In this document: positions 24,469-36,200 of the stretch, piece after piece
How the letters are laid out: each line of letters starts with the position of its first letter
How positions within the stretch are numbered: position 1 is the first letter of the stretch
From: Lingula anatina
Taxonomy: Eukaryota; Animalia; Brachiopoda
Assembly: GCA_051362555.1 (NCBI GenBank)
Contig: CM120645.1
Span: 186,001 to 250,000, forward strand
Reading direction: 5' to 3'
DNA: 64,000 bases
Notes under the pieces: generated by a model
Seen by the model: only the letters and a program-made list of their open reading frames with translations
Databases searched by the model: none
What the model was told of the DNA's origin: nothing
Made by a program: the position numbers and the translations under genes

Positions 24469-25487
24469 AGAAATAAGTGAGACAGAGACAAGACTAGAGT
24501 ACCATGCATTCTACAGCTATAATGTTACAGTAATTGCTGTGGTATGAAGCATTTTGGGAGGAAAATTCTTTTTGTGGATCTACAGTTTTGTATTTGCGGG
24601 AAGTTGTGATGCTGTGTAACATGACCCTCAGTGACACTGACTGTTTTATTTTCTAAGCCTTATAGAGAAATATCATTTATCTCTTGTAGACAGGCAGCCA
24701 CAACCTGTATATTCATGCAGTGGCTTTTACCATGCTCCAAGGAACAGCTGTTGTCGCAGCTACAGAGAAGAAACTCGCTGGATGGCTAACTCTGAACAGT
24801 CAGTGTAACAGGAGGTGCTAGAAATGATTGTGACAGATATTTATTACTTATACATGTAAAATGAGTTTTTTTTTTTGTGAAAGTTAAAACACAGTTATCT
24901 CCTGCGTTCTCAGGCTGTTGGCCTGTGTTTGTGTGTGCCATACAAATATAGCAACTTCAAAAGGGGCTGATCAACATATGGAAGACAGGAGCGGGGACTT
25001 GCTCTGATGGGTGTTTTGGATGATTTTGGAAACGGGTAATAAGATGAACTTTTTAATGAAACATTTCAACTTTTTCAGGAAAATTTTTAATGGCAGACTG
25101 TATATTGTTTTCAGTTTTTTCAGACTTGTTTATAATGGAACATATAAAATTGGTGCTTACTGTTTATTTTGTATGGTATTGTTTTATCAATTGCTGGCGA
25201 GAATATGCCATGTAAATAAAGACTGAAATGTTCATGAAGACATCTATATTGATCGTCCATGTGAACTCAGACTTAATCACAATGTTGACTGTAGAAGGCA
25301 GCAGGAACAGGAGGATATTGATTTATTTAGAGAGCTTTAAACCAGCTCAAAAGATGAAATTTGATTTGAATATTTATGAAAAATAAAATTTCTATGCACT
25401 GCCGAGCTCAGATATGCTATATGTATGTTTCTGCTTGTGTTGGCAAGTTGCTACCAGAGAGTACTATGTGTGCTTACAATTTTCAAG

Positions 25488-25652
25488 CAGGGGCGGATTT
25501 AGGCCGTCTTCTGGGTCTTCTGGAAGACGGTCAGACTTTTAAGTTTACATTGACAGGTATCTATTTTTTTCTGTCGGAAGACGGTCAAAATGAAGGATGG
25601 TAATAAAGATAATTTGGAAGACTGTCAGGAAATATCTCTGAATCCGCCCCTG
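25488..25652. mobile_element. MITE with CAGGGGCGGAT TIRs
   Basis: CAGGGGCGGATT ... AATCCGCCCCTG with TSD TCAAG; homologous inverted copy at 41422-41588. Confidence 0.8.
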
Positions 25653-26461
25653 TCAAGGTGGTTTTATTTGCTACAAAGAGAGCATTCACATTGAGAAGAG
25701 CTGAGGTCTAGCAGGGTGGAGACAGAAATATAGCAGACCTACATGAAAGGAAGACGGCATAATCCTTTAATGGTCTCTCAATGAATGTCATTGAGTGACC
25801 ATTTAAGGATTATGCTGTGTTCCTGTCATGTAGGTCCGCCATATTTAGTTCTCGGCCTTGCTAGACCCCGGCTAATCTTGATGTGAATGATCTCAGAGGC
25901 AGGTTGAATTGCAAAATTTGGCCTTATCTGATTGTTTATACAAAAGCTATTGACATTCTTCAGTTTTCAAATGTATTGCTGTTGAACCTCATGTGCCAAA
26001 TATTTTCTTTCATTTTATATTTTTTTTCTAGGTTTGTTGCATGTTAAGGCAAGGGAGATACCAAGAATAATTCTCTCACTTAGTTAATATTGCAGCAGGT
26101 GTGCTGCTTGCTCACCTACCACAATACTTACCAACCACAGGTCATACGAACTTTACATGCTCCCATAAATGTTTATATTGCAGCAGGTGTTCTGTTTGTT
26201 CACATACCACAATACTTACGAACCACAGGTCATATGATCCTTTCATGCTCACTAACAAATAAAGAAAATAACCGGGATAAAAATGTAAATCTGTAGATTA
26301 TTTCATATTTTGCACAAACCTTTAGGACTCGCAAGAATGCATTTACAATGACGTTTGGATGCTTTCTGACAATTATAAACTGTGGCCTTCAATACAAATT
26401 GTTCGTAAATTTTTTTATCTTTAATGAAAAACGTTTTAACTGTCTGTCAGTGTTTTGAAGC

Positions 26462-26635
26462 GGGGGCGTCTCGATAGTCCGAAGGTTCATTGGTCCGAAG
26501 GTTCATTGGTCCGAAAAGTGGTAACATTTTTATCGATTTTTTAATCAAAGGTTCATTGGTCCGAAGGTTCTATAGTGAACATTCGGACCAATGAACCTTC
26601 GGACTATTGAACCTTCGGACTATCGCTACGGCCCC
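26462..26635. mobile_element. 174-bp foldback MITE with 8-bp TSD
   Basis: GGGG...CCCC ends, inverted arrays of a 16-bp subrepeat (GGTTCATTGGTCCGAA), TSD TTTGAAGC (26454-26461, 26636-26643). Confidence 0.9.
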
Positions 26636-26645
26636 TTTGAAGCTG

Positions 26646-29600
26646 CTAATAAGGCCTGGCTAATCTCATTCTCCTCAGTATATCTTTTATAACCTCGATT
26701 CCACATTTCCCTTCGTCTGCTTTTCGCACTATCTTGTCCAGCTGCTCTCTGAAGGCGAGTGGGGCTTCCGGCAGAATGTATTTTTCTAGTAGACGAAAGT
26801 TGTACATCCATACGTTTAGTTTCTCATTCAGTCCTACACAAAAACCATTAACGCATGGAACCCTGGGAACAAACAAGGAAAATAACTGCATTACATGATG
26901 GAAATAGACAACCAGTGTATCTTCTCGTCTGAAGGGCCAGTTTGTTAAAACCGGTGACTTTGTAAGCCCATAGGGCTGGGCCGATACATACTGTATATAT
27001 TCATATTATTGTATTTTGTATTATATTTGTATATGTAGTTGTATCAAACAATGGCGTATACTCTGGGTGTTATGCTCTACCTTATTGCTCTCTTTCGTGA
27101 ATTCCAGTGTTTTGAGGCACAGTCATCCATGCTGTGACACGGTATATCTCCGATTGTGAAAGCCTCCATATCCACGAACTGAGGCTTGTTCTTCACCATA
27201 ACAAACTGGTGCAGGGCAAAATCCCCAAATTCTACTGACCCGTTTGGGTGTTGACTGGCAAAGGCCATTAATTCCGCTACTTCATAACTGAACTGTAACA
27301 AAGCGAGGCAGCAATGCTGTTAAATGTACAGATGTAAAAGCAAAAGAATGATGCATGAAATAGTTTATTTTGTCAACATTACCACCGCCAACTACCATTA
27401 TGTACAACAGCTAACATGAACAATCGGAAAATGTTAATAACACAGTTTAGGGCTTTCAGCCATTGGGACTTCATAGCAACACATTGATTTGAATGGAAAA
27501 TAAAAAAAAACTGCATAATCTCAAGAAAAAGGATTCTTTCATTCAGTTTACAGCGGCAGCGCACAAAAAGGGTTTTCATCAATTTTGATGCGATATTAAA
27601 ATGCTTAATTTCTTACAAATCTGAATCGAGTGCTACTTTTAATGTGGACTTCAGACACTAACTGGCACAAGACTTTCAGATCAGTCCAGTCCACATAGTA
27701 ATGCCAACTATAATGAAGAAGAAAGCTCACTTGGAACTCTTATCACCATGATATTTAATCAAGTTTGTTTATTTTCCTTAAGTCTACTGAAGATGTTAAA
27801 TGGATTTTACACTATAATATATTATGAAACAACAGTTATCAAGCTTTCGAACTGATTTTGAAGCATGTTCATATTTAAAACTTTCACAAGACTTCCTATT
27901 CAGTCTCAAATGTAGCTACGAGCCATTGTGCTTGCTGAAATTAGGCTGTATTAAGAGGCGAAGAACGAATCATTTTCACATGAAAAGATGCCTGTGTTAA
28001 ATACATTATGATAAAAGTACACCAGACCATAAGTTACAACTGGAAGTTAACTTAATGTTCTTGAAATTAAGACATGTAAGGAAAAATGTGAAGAACACAC
28101 AAAAAATTGATAACTTCAAAACAGTGATATTAATCCAAATTAAGATGTTTTTCGAACTTGAAGCTTTTAGTTTTAGGGAGCACCTTTGCAAGTTAGGGAA
28201 TAATACATAAAAGGTCTTCTTTTTATTGAGTTTTTTTTAGTTTTAATGCAATATCACCTAACGCTGCATTTCAAGATTTCTGAGAAAGTCAACGTGCACA
28301 CCATATGTCTGGGTCATTTATGGCACATTTTACATAACCGCCTTTCAAGACCACTTGACACTTTGCTAAATTGAATAAAACTGAATTTTCTGTAAATTGT
28401 GTAACCTGTAGTTTCTGAGCATTTTGCTACTTACAGTAACCTGTAATTTCTGTACATTTAATTACCTGTATAATTGCTGTACATTAAGTAACCTGTCGGT
28501 TCTGAGCATTTAGTTACCTGTAGTTTTTGTACATTTAGTTACCTGTAGTTTTTGTACATTTAGTTACTTGTAATTTCTGTACATTTAGTTACTTGTAGTT
28601 TCTGTACATTTAGTTACCCGTAGTTTCTGTACATTACGTTACCTGTAGGTTACTTGCAGTTACCTGTAGTTTCTGTACATTTAGTTACCTGTAATTTCTG
28701 TACACTTAGTAACCAGTAGTTTCTGTACCTGTAGTTACCTGTAGTTTCTGGTCCCATGTCATGTTGGACAGTTGGAGAGGTACCCCCACCTCAGTTACCA
28801 TGGTAACTGTCGTGTCCACTGTGCCGTCAAAGAGTTTGTTGGGGACGCAGAAACCCAGTAACTAAAAGTTGAGATCGAAGATATAGTTGCTTGCAATACA
28901 CTGCAAAGTACATAGTATGATAAATGAGGATATGTTTACCAAGCCAATGACAATGTAATTAATCTTAGGATAATTTTGTCTCTCTTGACGGGATAATTTT
29001 ACAAGGAACTTACAGTTAAAAATGAACCAGTCCGAATTATTTCCAGATAATTAATGAATAATATTTGTATTTAAAATTTTGCCAGCAACGTCATTGGCTG
29101 CCCCCCTCGTCCCCCAAAATCTTTCCCTGCCTATAGCGCCCTCTATATACTGGTACACGTCCAGATGAAATGTCGCCTGATATGTCGAAAACACAGCGGC
29201 AATGATGGAGAGTGATTACAACTCCATTCAGCTAATAGATGAAATCACAGTAAAAAAACCTACCTTAATGATACTTGTATGACGCAATATTTGATGATAC
29301 CAAATTTCCTCTATGAAAAACCGGCTCAATGCTGCGTAGCATGTGGGTAGCGACTTTTTCTCTTGCAACAGACATGCTTTGGAAAATGTGTTGAATATAA
29401 ACGGTGTTCTAACCACAACATCGCGATCGTAATACTTGGCCCTATATGCAAATTTATGCATCCCATGCGAAAGAGCTTGCCGGTTTGTGAACTTTCGCCT
29501 TGCTGCGCAGCCTATTCCGCTTTCCAAGCTGTCGACGCGAGAAGTTTCACTAAAAGGTAGGTGTGTCAGTCTCAGTTTGTCATAAGCTTTGTAAAAACGT

Positions 29601-29944
29601 TTGACACGAATGTCCTGTATGTTATTAGAAGGCCTGATTGACAAAGTGCAAGAGTTTGTCAAAGGTTTTCGGGTTCCAGATAAAATCCAATCTAGGTAGA
29701 GGTTGGAGAAGTTGTGTAGCCCGTCGAGTGTGTTGACGTCACATAATGGAACGCTGAGATTTGTGATACTGTCCTCTTGTGACACACGATGGGGCGTTCC
29801 ATAGGGTGACAAAGTCTCGTGAACACGGGCGACAGGGCGCGGCAATGGACGGTCACGTTGTAAGTCATGTACAGTTAGATAGAGAACACATAAACCAATG
29901 GCGTTTAGAAAACAAAATGCATGCCAAACTCCTCGATGCTCCAT
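26646..29944 (-). CDS. PKDCC/VLK-like secretory-pathway protein kinase (divergent)
   Basis: Exons 29944-29264, 28861-28739, 27292-27081 and 26862-26646 in frame; N-terminal signal anchor, HTSIIKLLGFC, MVTEVG, HPNGSVEFGDFALHQFVMV, C-x4-C and C-x4-C-x-GLNEKLN as in PKDCC. Confidence 0.82.
28404..28750. repeat. 25-bp minisatellite (about 14 units) built from a splice donor
   Basis: Unit ACCTGTAGTTTCTGTACATTTAGTT; the minus strand repeats CAGAAACTACAG|GTAACT. Confidence 0.88.
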
Positions 29945-30549
29945 CGTTCGTCGTCGTTGAGCACAGACTGGATAATTTGATATAAGCCATGTTACTTTTA
30001 TTATTTAGACGTAAAAAAGTGATGTGAACCAAAACTGTTGAGCGGGTCATGAATGTTTAAGCATAATGTAATCCAAAAACTAATTTGTATGAAAAGTAAG
30101 ACTTTGCATGACTCTCATCTCCATAATGTAACTTTATAGTTTGATTTTCGGTGAAGGTTACTTCAGTTCAATGCATGTCTGATTTTGAAGTTGTTTTTTG
30201 CAGTGTCAGACCTCTCTATCATTGCAGCATTGCTTCAAATCACAAACAAGCCGAACCCACAATGCACCAGTGTTTTTGAATCAGCCAATATGTACTATGA
30301 TGTTCTTTAGGCGCTTTGTTGTACAATTTTATATTGATACTCTGATTACCACCATTGATATAAAATACATATTGTTTATGAAAATATTGTGTAGCAGCTG
30401 CAGCAGAAGGATGCAGCCGAGTTTTCAGCAAATATAGAGTCATTTTACATTTTGACTCAAATTATTTATCAAAATACTAAACTATTCAACGCAACTGATG
30501 CACCTGCTTGTGCGCGTGCAGTCTGTTTACTGCGCATATAAACATAAAC

Positions 30550-30826
30550 CAGAGGCGGATCCAGGATTATTTGAAGGGGGTGGGGGCGGTTTTTAGAAAT
30601 GACATGCCGCGGATGCGAAGCCGAACCTCCCCCCACCCCCACCCCCCTTGGCATGGGGTTCGGAGCCTGCTGAAGGGCCCGACAATTTCTGGTATTTTAG
30701 AGGGCCAACGCTGCCATTTGGTGCGGTTTATAACTATGATTCAGCTAGTCAAAGTTCTAATTTGGTGTGATTTTTTTCAAAAATCAAAGGTTGGGGAGCC
30801 AGGATCCCTGACCCCTGACACCACTG
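30550..30826. mobile_element. Non-autonomous DNA transposon (CAG...CTG termini)
   Basis: CAGAGGCGGATCCAGGATTATTTGAA ... CACCACTG with TSD TAAAC; truncated homolog from about 51327. Confidence 0.7.
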
Positions 30827-31302
30827 TAAACAGTACAGGGTACATGTTTGCAAATACGGCATATACAGTGCTGCCGGAATCTAAGTTTACTTACCCTGCG
30901 CAGCACTGTGGGTTGTCCCTGCGGCCTGTCACGGTAACCATGGAAATAAAATTGCTGTCCATGCGGTGTTTGCTTTATTTTAACAATAGCACCCTGTCCC
31001 AACGCCGGATATTTAACACCTCATTTACATGGTCCAATCCCACTTCCAGGTCATTGGGGTCCGTTATGAGGGTTCTGACCCTGGGGTGCAGGGTCCGGGC
31101 AACATTCAGTATCTGCAGGTGGTGGTGGTTGGGGGTGATTCAAAGAGGAGACACCAGTTGTATCACATACGGACGGCGCTATTACTGACACTAGTGAACA
31201 GTGCTCAGTCTCAGAGGAACACATACTGTTCCAGTAGACCTATTTAGGAAGGTCACAGTAGTGGTCTAAAGGTCTAGATCTGTTATGTACAGCTCAAATA
31301 AG

Positions 31303-31420
31303 AGACCATTCCCAGACCCTGTCGTACTAACTGTGGATCGACTTATCTCCAAGGGGATTCTCACTAAATTGCAATCAACTTAAGCGGCTTAGCACGCCCA
31401 CTGAAGGTGTTAAGGGGTAA
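31303..31420. mobile_element. Partial copy of a palindromic MITE family
   Basis: Shares GACCATTCCCAGACCCT...TCTCCAAGGGGATTCTCACTAAA...TTAAGCGGCT with 45209-45335. Confidence 0.6.
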
Positions 31421-32804
31421 TTAACTATCGTCCAGGTTGTGATTGTGTTAGTGAGTTTGTGTCTTTCCGTTTGTGTTCGTGTATGTCCGTTTATTTATAA
31501 AGCATGCCCTTTCTTATTTCACGGCACATTTGCCCTCTCATGTGTGTCGCATACATTTACAGGTCTGGTTAATGAAATATCAGTTTATTTCAAACTCACG
31601 CTCTCAAGTCATTCACAAGTCGAAGTAACTACTGGTACATAAGCGTAGAAATTAAAAAAAAAATTAAGCGTATATTACATAATCAAAAGACAGACGTTCA
31701 TTTTATTAGATTCCACCCAAGAATACATTGTATATTGTCCCGCTGAGTTAAATATTGCAGACAACATGCTGCTTGTTCAATACAGGTCATATGAAATTTA
31801 CTAGCTAGAAAGTGAAAATATAATGGAGACATGTACTTCGTGTATTCCTTATTCACATTCAGCTTAATACAAAGCTTTCAACAACAACACTTTATTCTAT
31901 AATTAAAACACAATGTTTTTATTGTCAATAGTATCAAATATATATATATGTCCAACCTTTTTTCCATCCAATAAAACTAAAACCCACGCCCTTTTCTTCA
32001 AGGTAATAAAACCAACATCTGCCACTCATATATCATGTGTATACACCTGTTTCTTTTACCAACGTAAAAATCTCATTTTTTAATGAAGTCAAACATAAAA
32101 GCAATGAAATGTAAACAAACATTCGGCAAATATTCCATCACATTTTTGGTAAGAACGGTGATGTGATTCTTAAATACTATTTTGATCTCCTTTGTTGTTT
32201 AAATTGGTGGTTTGATTACCACCCTTAAAATAAAAGATATATTCCTAGTGAACAGCTCTGTGTAGAACAAAGATGTGGAGGATTTATCAGCAAATACCTG
32301 TACAAAGTACATGTACTTTCATACAGAGGCTTAATTAATTCATCAAAATGCTAAAATTTTTATTGTAAATGATAAACCGGCTTCTGCTGGTGCGTGTACA
32401 GTCTGTGCGTTTATCATATACGTAATAATATGGCACTTAACAACAGTAAATGTCTGTAAGTACAACTTACACTGAATAGTTTATTATTTAGATGATTTCC
32501 ATTTTGTTGATAACCTATCCCTAGACTAGAGGTGATTACAAAGTAGAGGCAAAGACACACTAACAGCAAACCATCATATGGAATAACACCAGCCCCCCCC
32601 TCCCCCCTCAAAGTTAACTGCAGAGGGAAGTGCACCTACCACCAGTCTTTGCCACCGGTAAACTTCACTCCCAAATTAACCTGTCCTGCAAACACACGAT
32701 TCCTTCTTAACTAACTCATGCTTACTTCACGTCTGGAAAATGACTAGTATTGACGCATATATTCAGATCATTTTTGAATCCAATGAATAAAACCGTCCAC
32801 GATG

Positions 32805-33165
32805 TCATTGTGTAGGATCAGGTTTCTCCTTCCAGACGCGGACATAGTTTACCTGCATGGCGGCCTCCTCGCCGACCCACGTAGGGTACCAAGCGTCCTT
32901 CGCCTGCCAAAAGTCCCGCGTAGCCGTAGGCGAGGTGTTACGCCAGGGCTTGGGAGAGACGCCGTTCGTCCAGCCGTCGCTAAAGAAACCGTTCGTCCCC
33001 CCAACGGCAACGTTCATTATGAGATGGAACTGAAATGAGACGCAGAACATTTTACAAGCTTGCTGAATTTCGTGTCTCTCTAGGGAACATAAAGAATTCA
33101 TGGTCAGACAAACAAAGCAGATTAGATTAAAACTTGCTGGCCTATATTGAATGTGACTAAAACAA

Positions 33166-33207
<42 letters not shown>

Positions 33208-36200
33208 TGTCTTACCTCCTGATCGAAAGGGGACATGCGGCGATTGGGGGCGTTAGTGCCCCAGGGGTTATCTATCCCCGGGGCCCTGGCGGCGAAGTCT
33301 CCCATCTCCCAAAATCCACCCTCCCCGGGGCTAACACTGAGAAGTTCAATGCCGTCAACGGAGGACCTGAAAAAATGTGATCACTGTGCTATGAGTTCGG
33401 GCCATTTTTATCACGATTGTTTAAACAGACACACTTCCCCCCGCCCTGTGCCACGTGACATACAACACGTGACACTGCATGGGTAGGGAGCGGCAATGAC
33501 AGATATGAAGTGCCAGCTCACTGCAATGGAGTGCACCTTCCACATTGCCATTGTCTTGTTATTATTGTGGTAAAAGCATCGTGGAAAGACCCACAATGAC
33601 GACAGAGGCGCGGTATTTTTTATCAAGCATATTGATAACCAGACAATGTGGGCCACACCCATACTTGGCATGAGAAATAACCAGATAAAATCATTTCCAA
33701 ATTTATATAGAATCCATGCAGTTGACGCTATAAAGAATGTCTACAGAACCCTAAGCACGCCACATAATATTTGACTCGGTATATTGTCTGTCTTCGCTTA
33801 TTGAGAAACCATATTATGTATTGTTCCTAGGCAATACGTCCCAAACTCGTCAAAATAATTTCTGCTCTATGACTGGCGTGCTCAGGGTTATTTATACCCC
33901 TGTACTTGTCATGGAGTGTGTATATACTCTACCTGATGCTCTTTTCGTCCCATTCTAAAACGTAAGTGTGAAAACCGGTACCAAACGTCCCTGACTGCGA
34001 TGTGCTGAAATTAGACATAAATGCAAACTTCATGTATAAAAAATTATATAAATGTGAGGTTCTGCAAGAAAGATGTCACTGCTAAAAATTGAAAATATAA
34101 AATTCGAGTGATATTCACAGCAAAGTTATTTTTTATTCACATTTCTTTTACATGGGGTTACCGTGAAGATATCATGTCCACTCATTGCCATTAAACTTAC
34201 ACACTGCTTGTGGTGCGAAAAAAATCGTTCAGTTGGACATACGGCCCCCAGTGTAATGTTGACGTCACTGTGTCCACTCCGACGGACGCTGCTCCGTTCC
34301 TTAGAAACATGTTACCACGTGACTCTACGATGTCGATTTCGCCGGACGCTGGCCAGGAACCGTAGGCCTGGTTGGTGGGTAACATCCATATGGCTAGAGT
34401 GGGGAGAGGGAGAGGGTTCAGTTTAACGATGATAATTAGGCTATAAGTTATCAAAATAAAACAGCATGTAGGCCTAACTGTGATAAAAAGTGCGACACAA
34501 TAACGCAAGTTTCGATGATTTCCCTAAATGGCTACCGTGTTAACAATCGAAATATCTATATGAATGACAGAGATAAAAAAGAAGGCATTTAATTTCACGT
34601 TCCTACCTGGCCATATCCAGTCTCCGGTTGGCATTTTAGCTTCTATCTCCACTCTACCGTACCGGAAGTCAAAGCTGTGTGCCGTCCTCAGTCGCCCTGA
34701 TTGGATGGGATTAATATAGTTATTAGCGTTACCATGGCGTTCACAGCCGTAGAACGCGTTGCCCGTACATCGATCAGCGGGCCCTGAACCTGGATTTGAA
34801 AAGAAAGATAGCTGAATGACGGAAACGGCGAGCATCATAAATGTTATTTATATCAAGAAGCATGCTATCATTCTGTGATCTTAAATGCCAATTGTCCATG
34901 TATAGGTTCTAGTTTGGTCGTTTCCTTAATTTTACAATGATGTATTTAAATTTCTGCTTTTTTAATCTAAATTTAACCCAGAAATAACGGTATGTAGCAC
35001 GAAACTGCATGCATTTTAGGAAAAAGGAGTGGTAGCACATGCAATTTCGTGCTGCCGTATACGCAGACTTACCCCACAGATCTAACCGTCCTGAGGACAG
35101 AAACGCTTCTCCAAACTTATCCGCAGTGAGCGTGGGTTTTATGAATAATACGCCATCTCTGACGTAGGTATTCGACCTGTTGTTAGTGTAGTACTGGAAC
35201 TCCCAGTTCTGGAGAAAGTAATGAAGGAAAATGAGCAAAAATGTTCGGAACTGGTTCGTGATATCGTAGAGAACACGTTTTTCAAATTGAAAGGATTTTT
35301 AGTTTTGATATGGTTTACATGTTTACGTTTTCGTTTCAAAATGACACCCTTTTCTCTTAAATCTTTAAACGTCGCCTACCCCTCCTCCTCCCGCCGTAAT
35401 CTCGTGTTCCCACGTGTTCAGGTCCAAAGTATCGAAGTTGTCTTCAAATATTAAACATGGATAGGTGGCGCAGCGGTCGGGGGGACCTGGGCGGAATACA
35501 AGGCTGATATTACAACGACACTGACACGATCAGAATTTACTTAAAAAACAAGCTTCAAAGGCGACTGAGAAAAAATAATTAAATAAATACGGTAATCAAA
35601 TAACAAACGAAAAAGAATAAATAAAAATAAAATTCACGTAGATGAATAAATGAATGAATGAAATGAAACTGATTAAAATACCATATAAATATACAAAAAC
35701 ATAGACTAAAATATAAGTATCCTTGCAGACGACTTTGTTGTACCTTTACTGGTGGGCGGAGCCCCTGTGGTGGCTGGAGTTGTCGGAGCTGAGGAGACGA
35801 AAATTTTCATAAAATTACCGAATTTCACACAAAATGGCGAATATCTATAAGCAAAATGAAAAGTTTGCAGCATACTTGCTTCAAATTAAACAGTTTTCAA
35901 AAAGAAAAAAAAAAAAGAAAAAAAAGTATGCAGGTTGTTGCAAATTTGTGAGATCATTCTAAATTTGCGGCAAGTTTCCAAGAAACCTTCAAATTTCTAG
36001 CAGTTTGCGAGAAGCCTATCATTTTGCTGAAGGATGTCATTTTAAAAGCAACACAAAATGTTAGAAACTATAAAATAAAAACAATCAAAAATTACTAAGT
36101 TTTTAATTATCATGAAACGATTCAGTCTTAATGTTAAAAATAAAATTGCTTAGGTAGGGCTATGTGTCTGGTGGCTACAGAATAGTAATTATACCTTCAC

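Noticed and set aside
26462-26635. CRISPR-like short repeats
   Set aside because: The repeats are abutting and inverted and have an 8-bp TSD, which indicates a MITE.
30508-31188. 226-aa plus-strand ORF
   Set aside because: It runs through a MITE and is antisense to a pseudo-exon; no recognisable domain.
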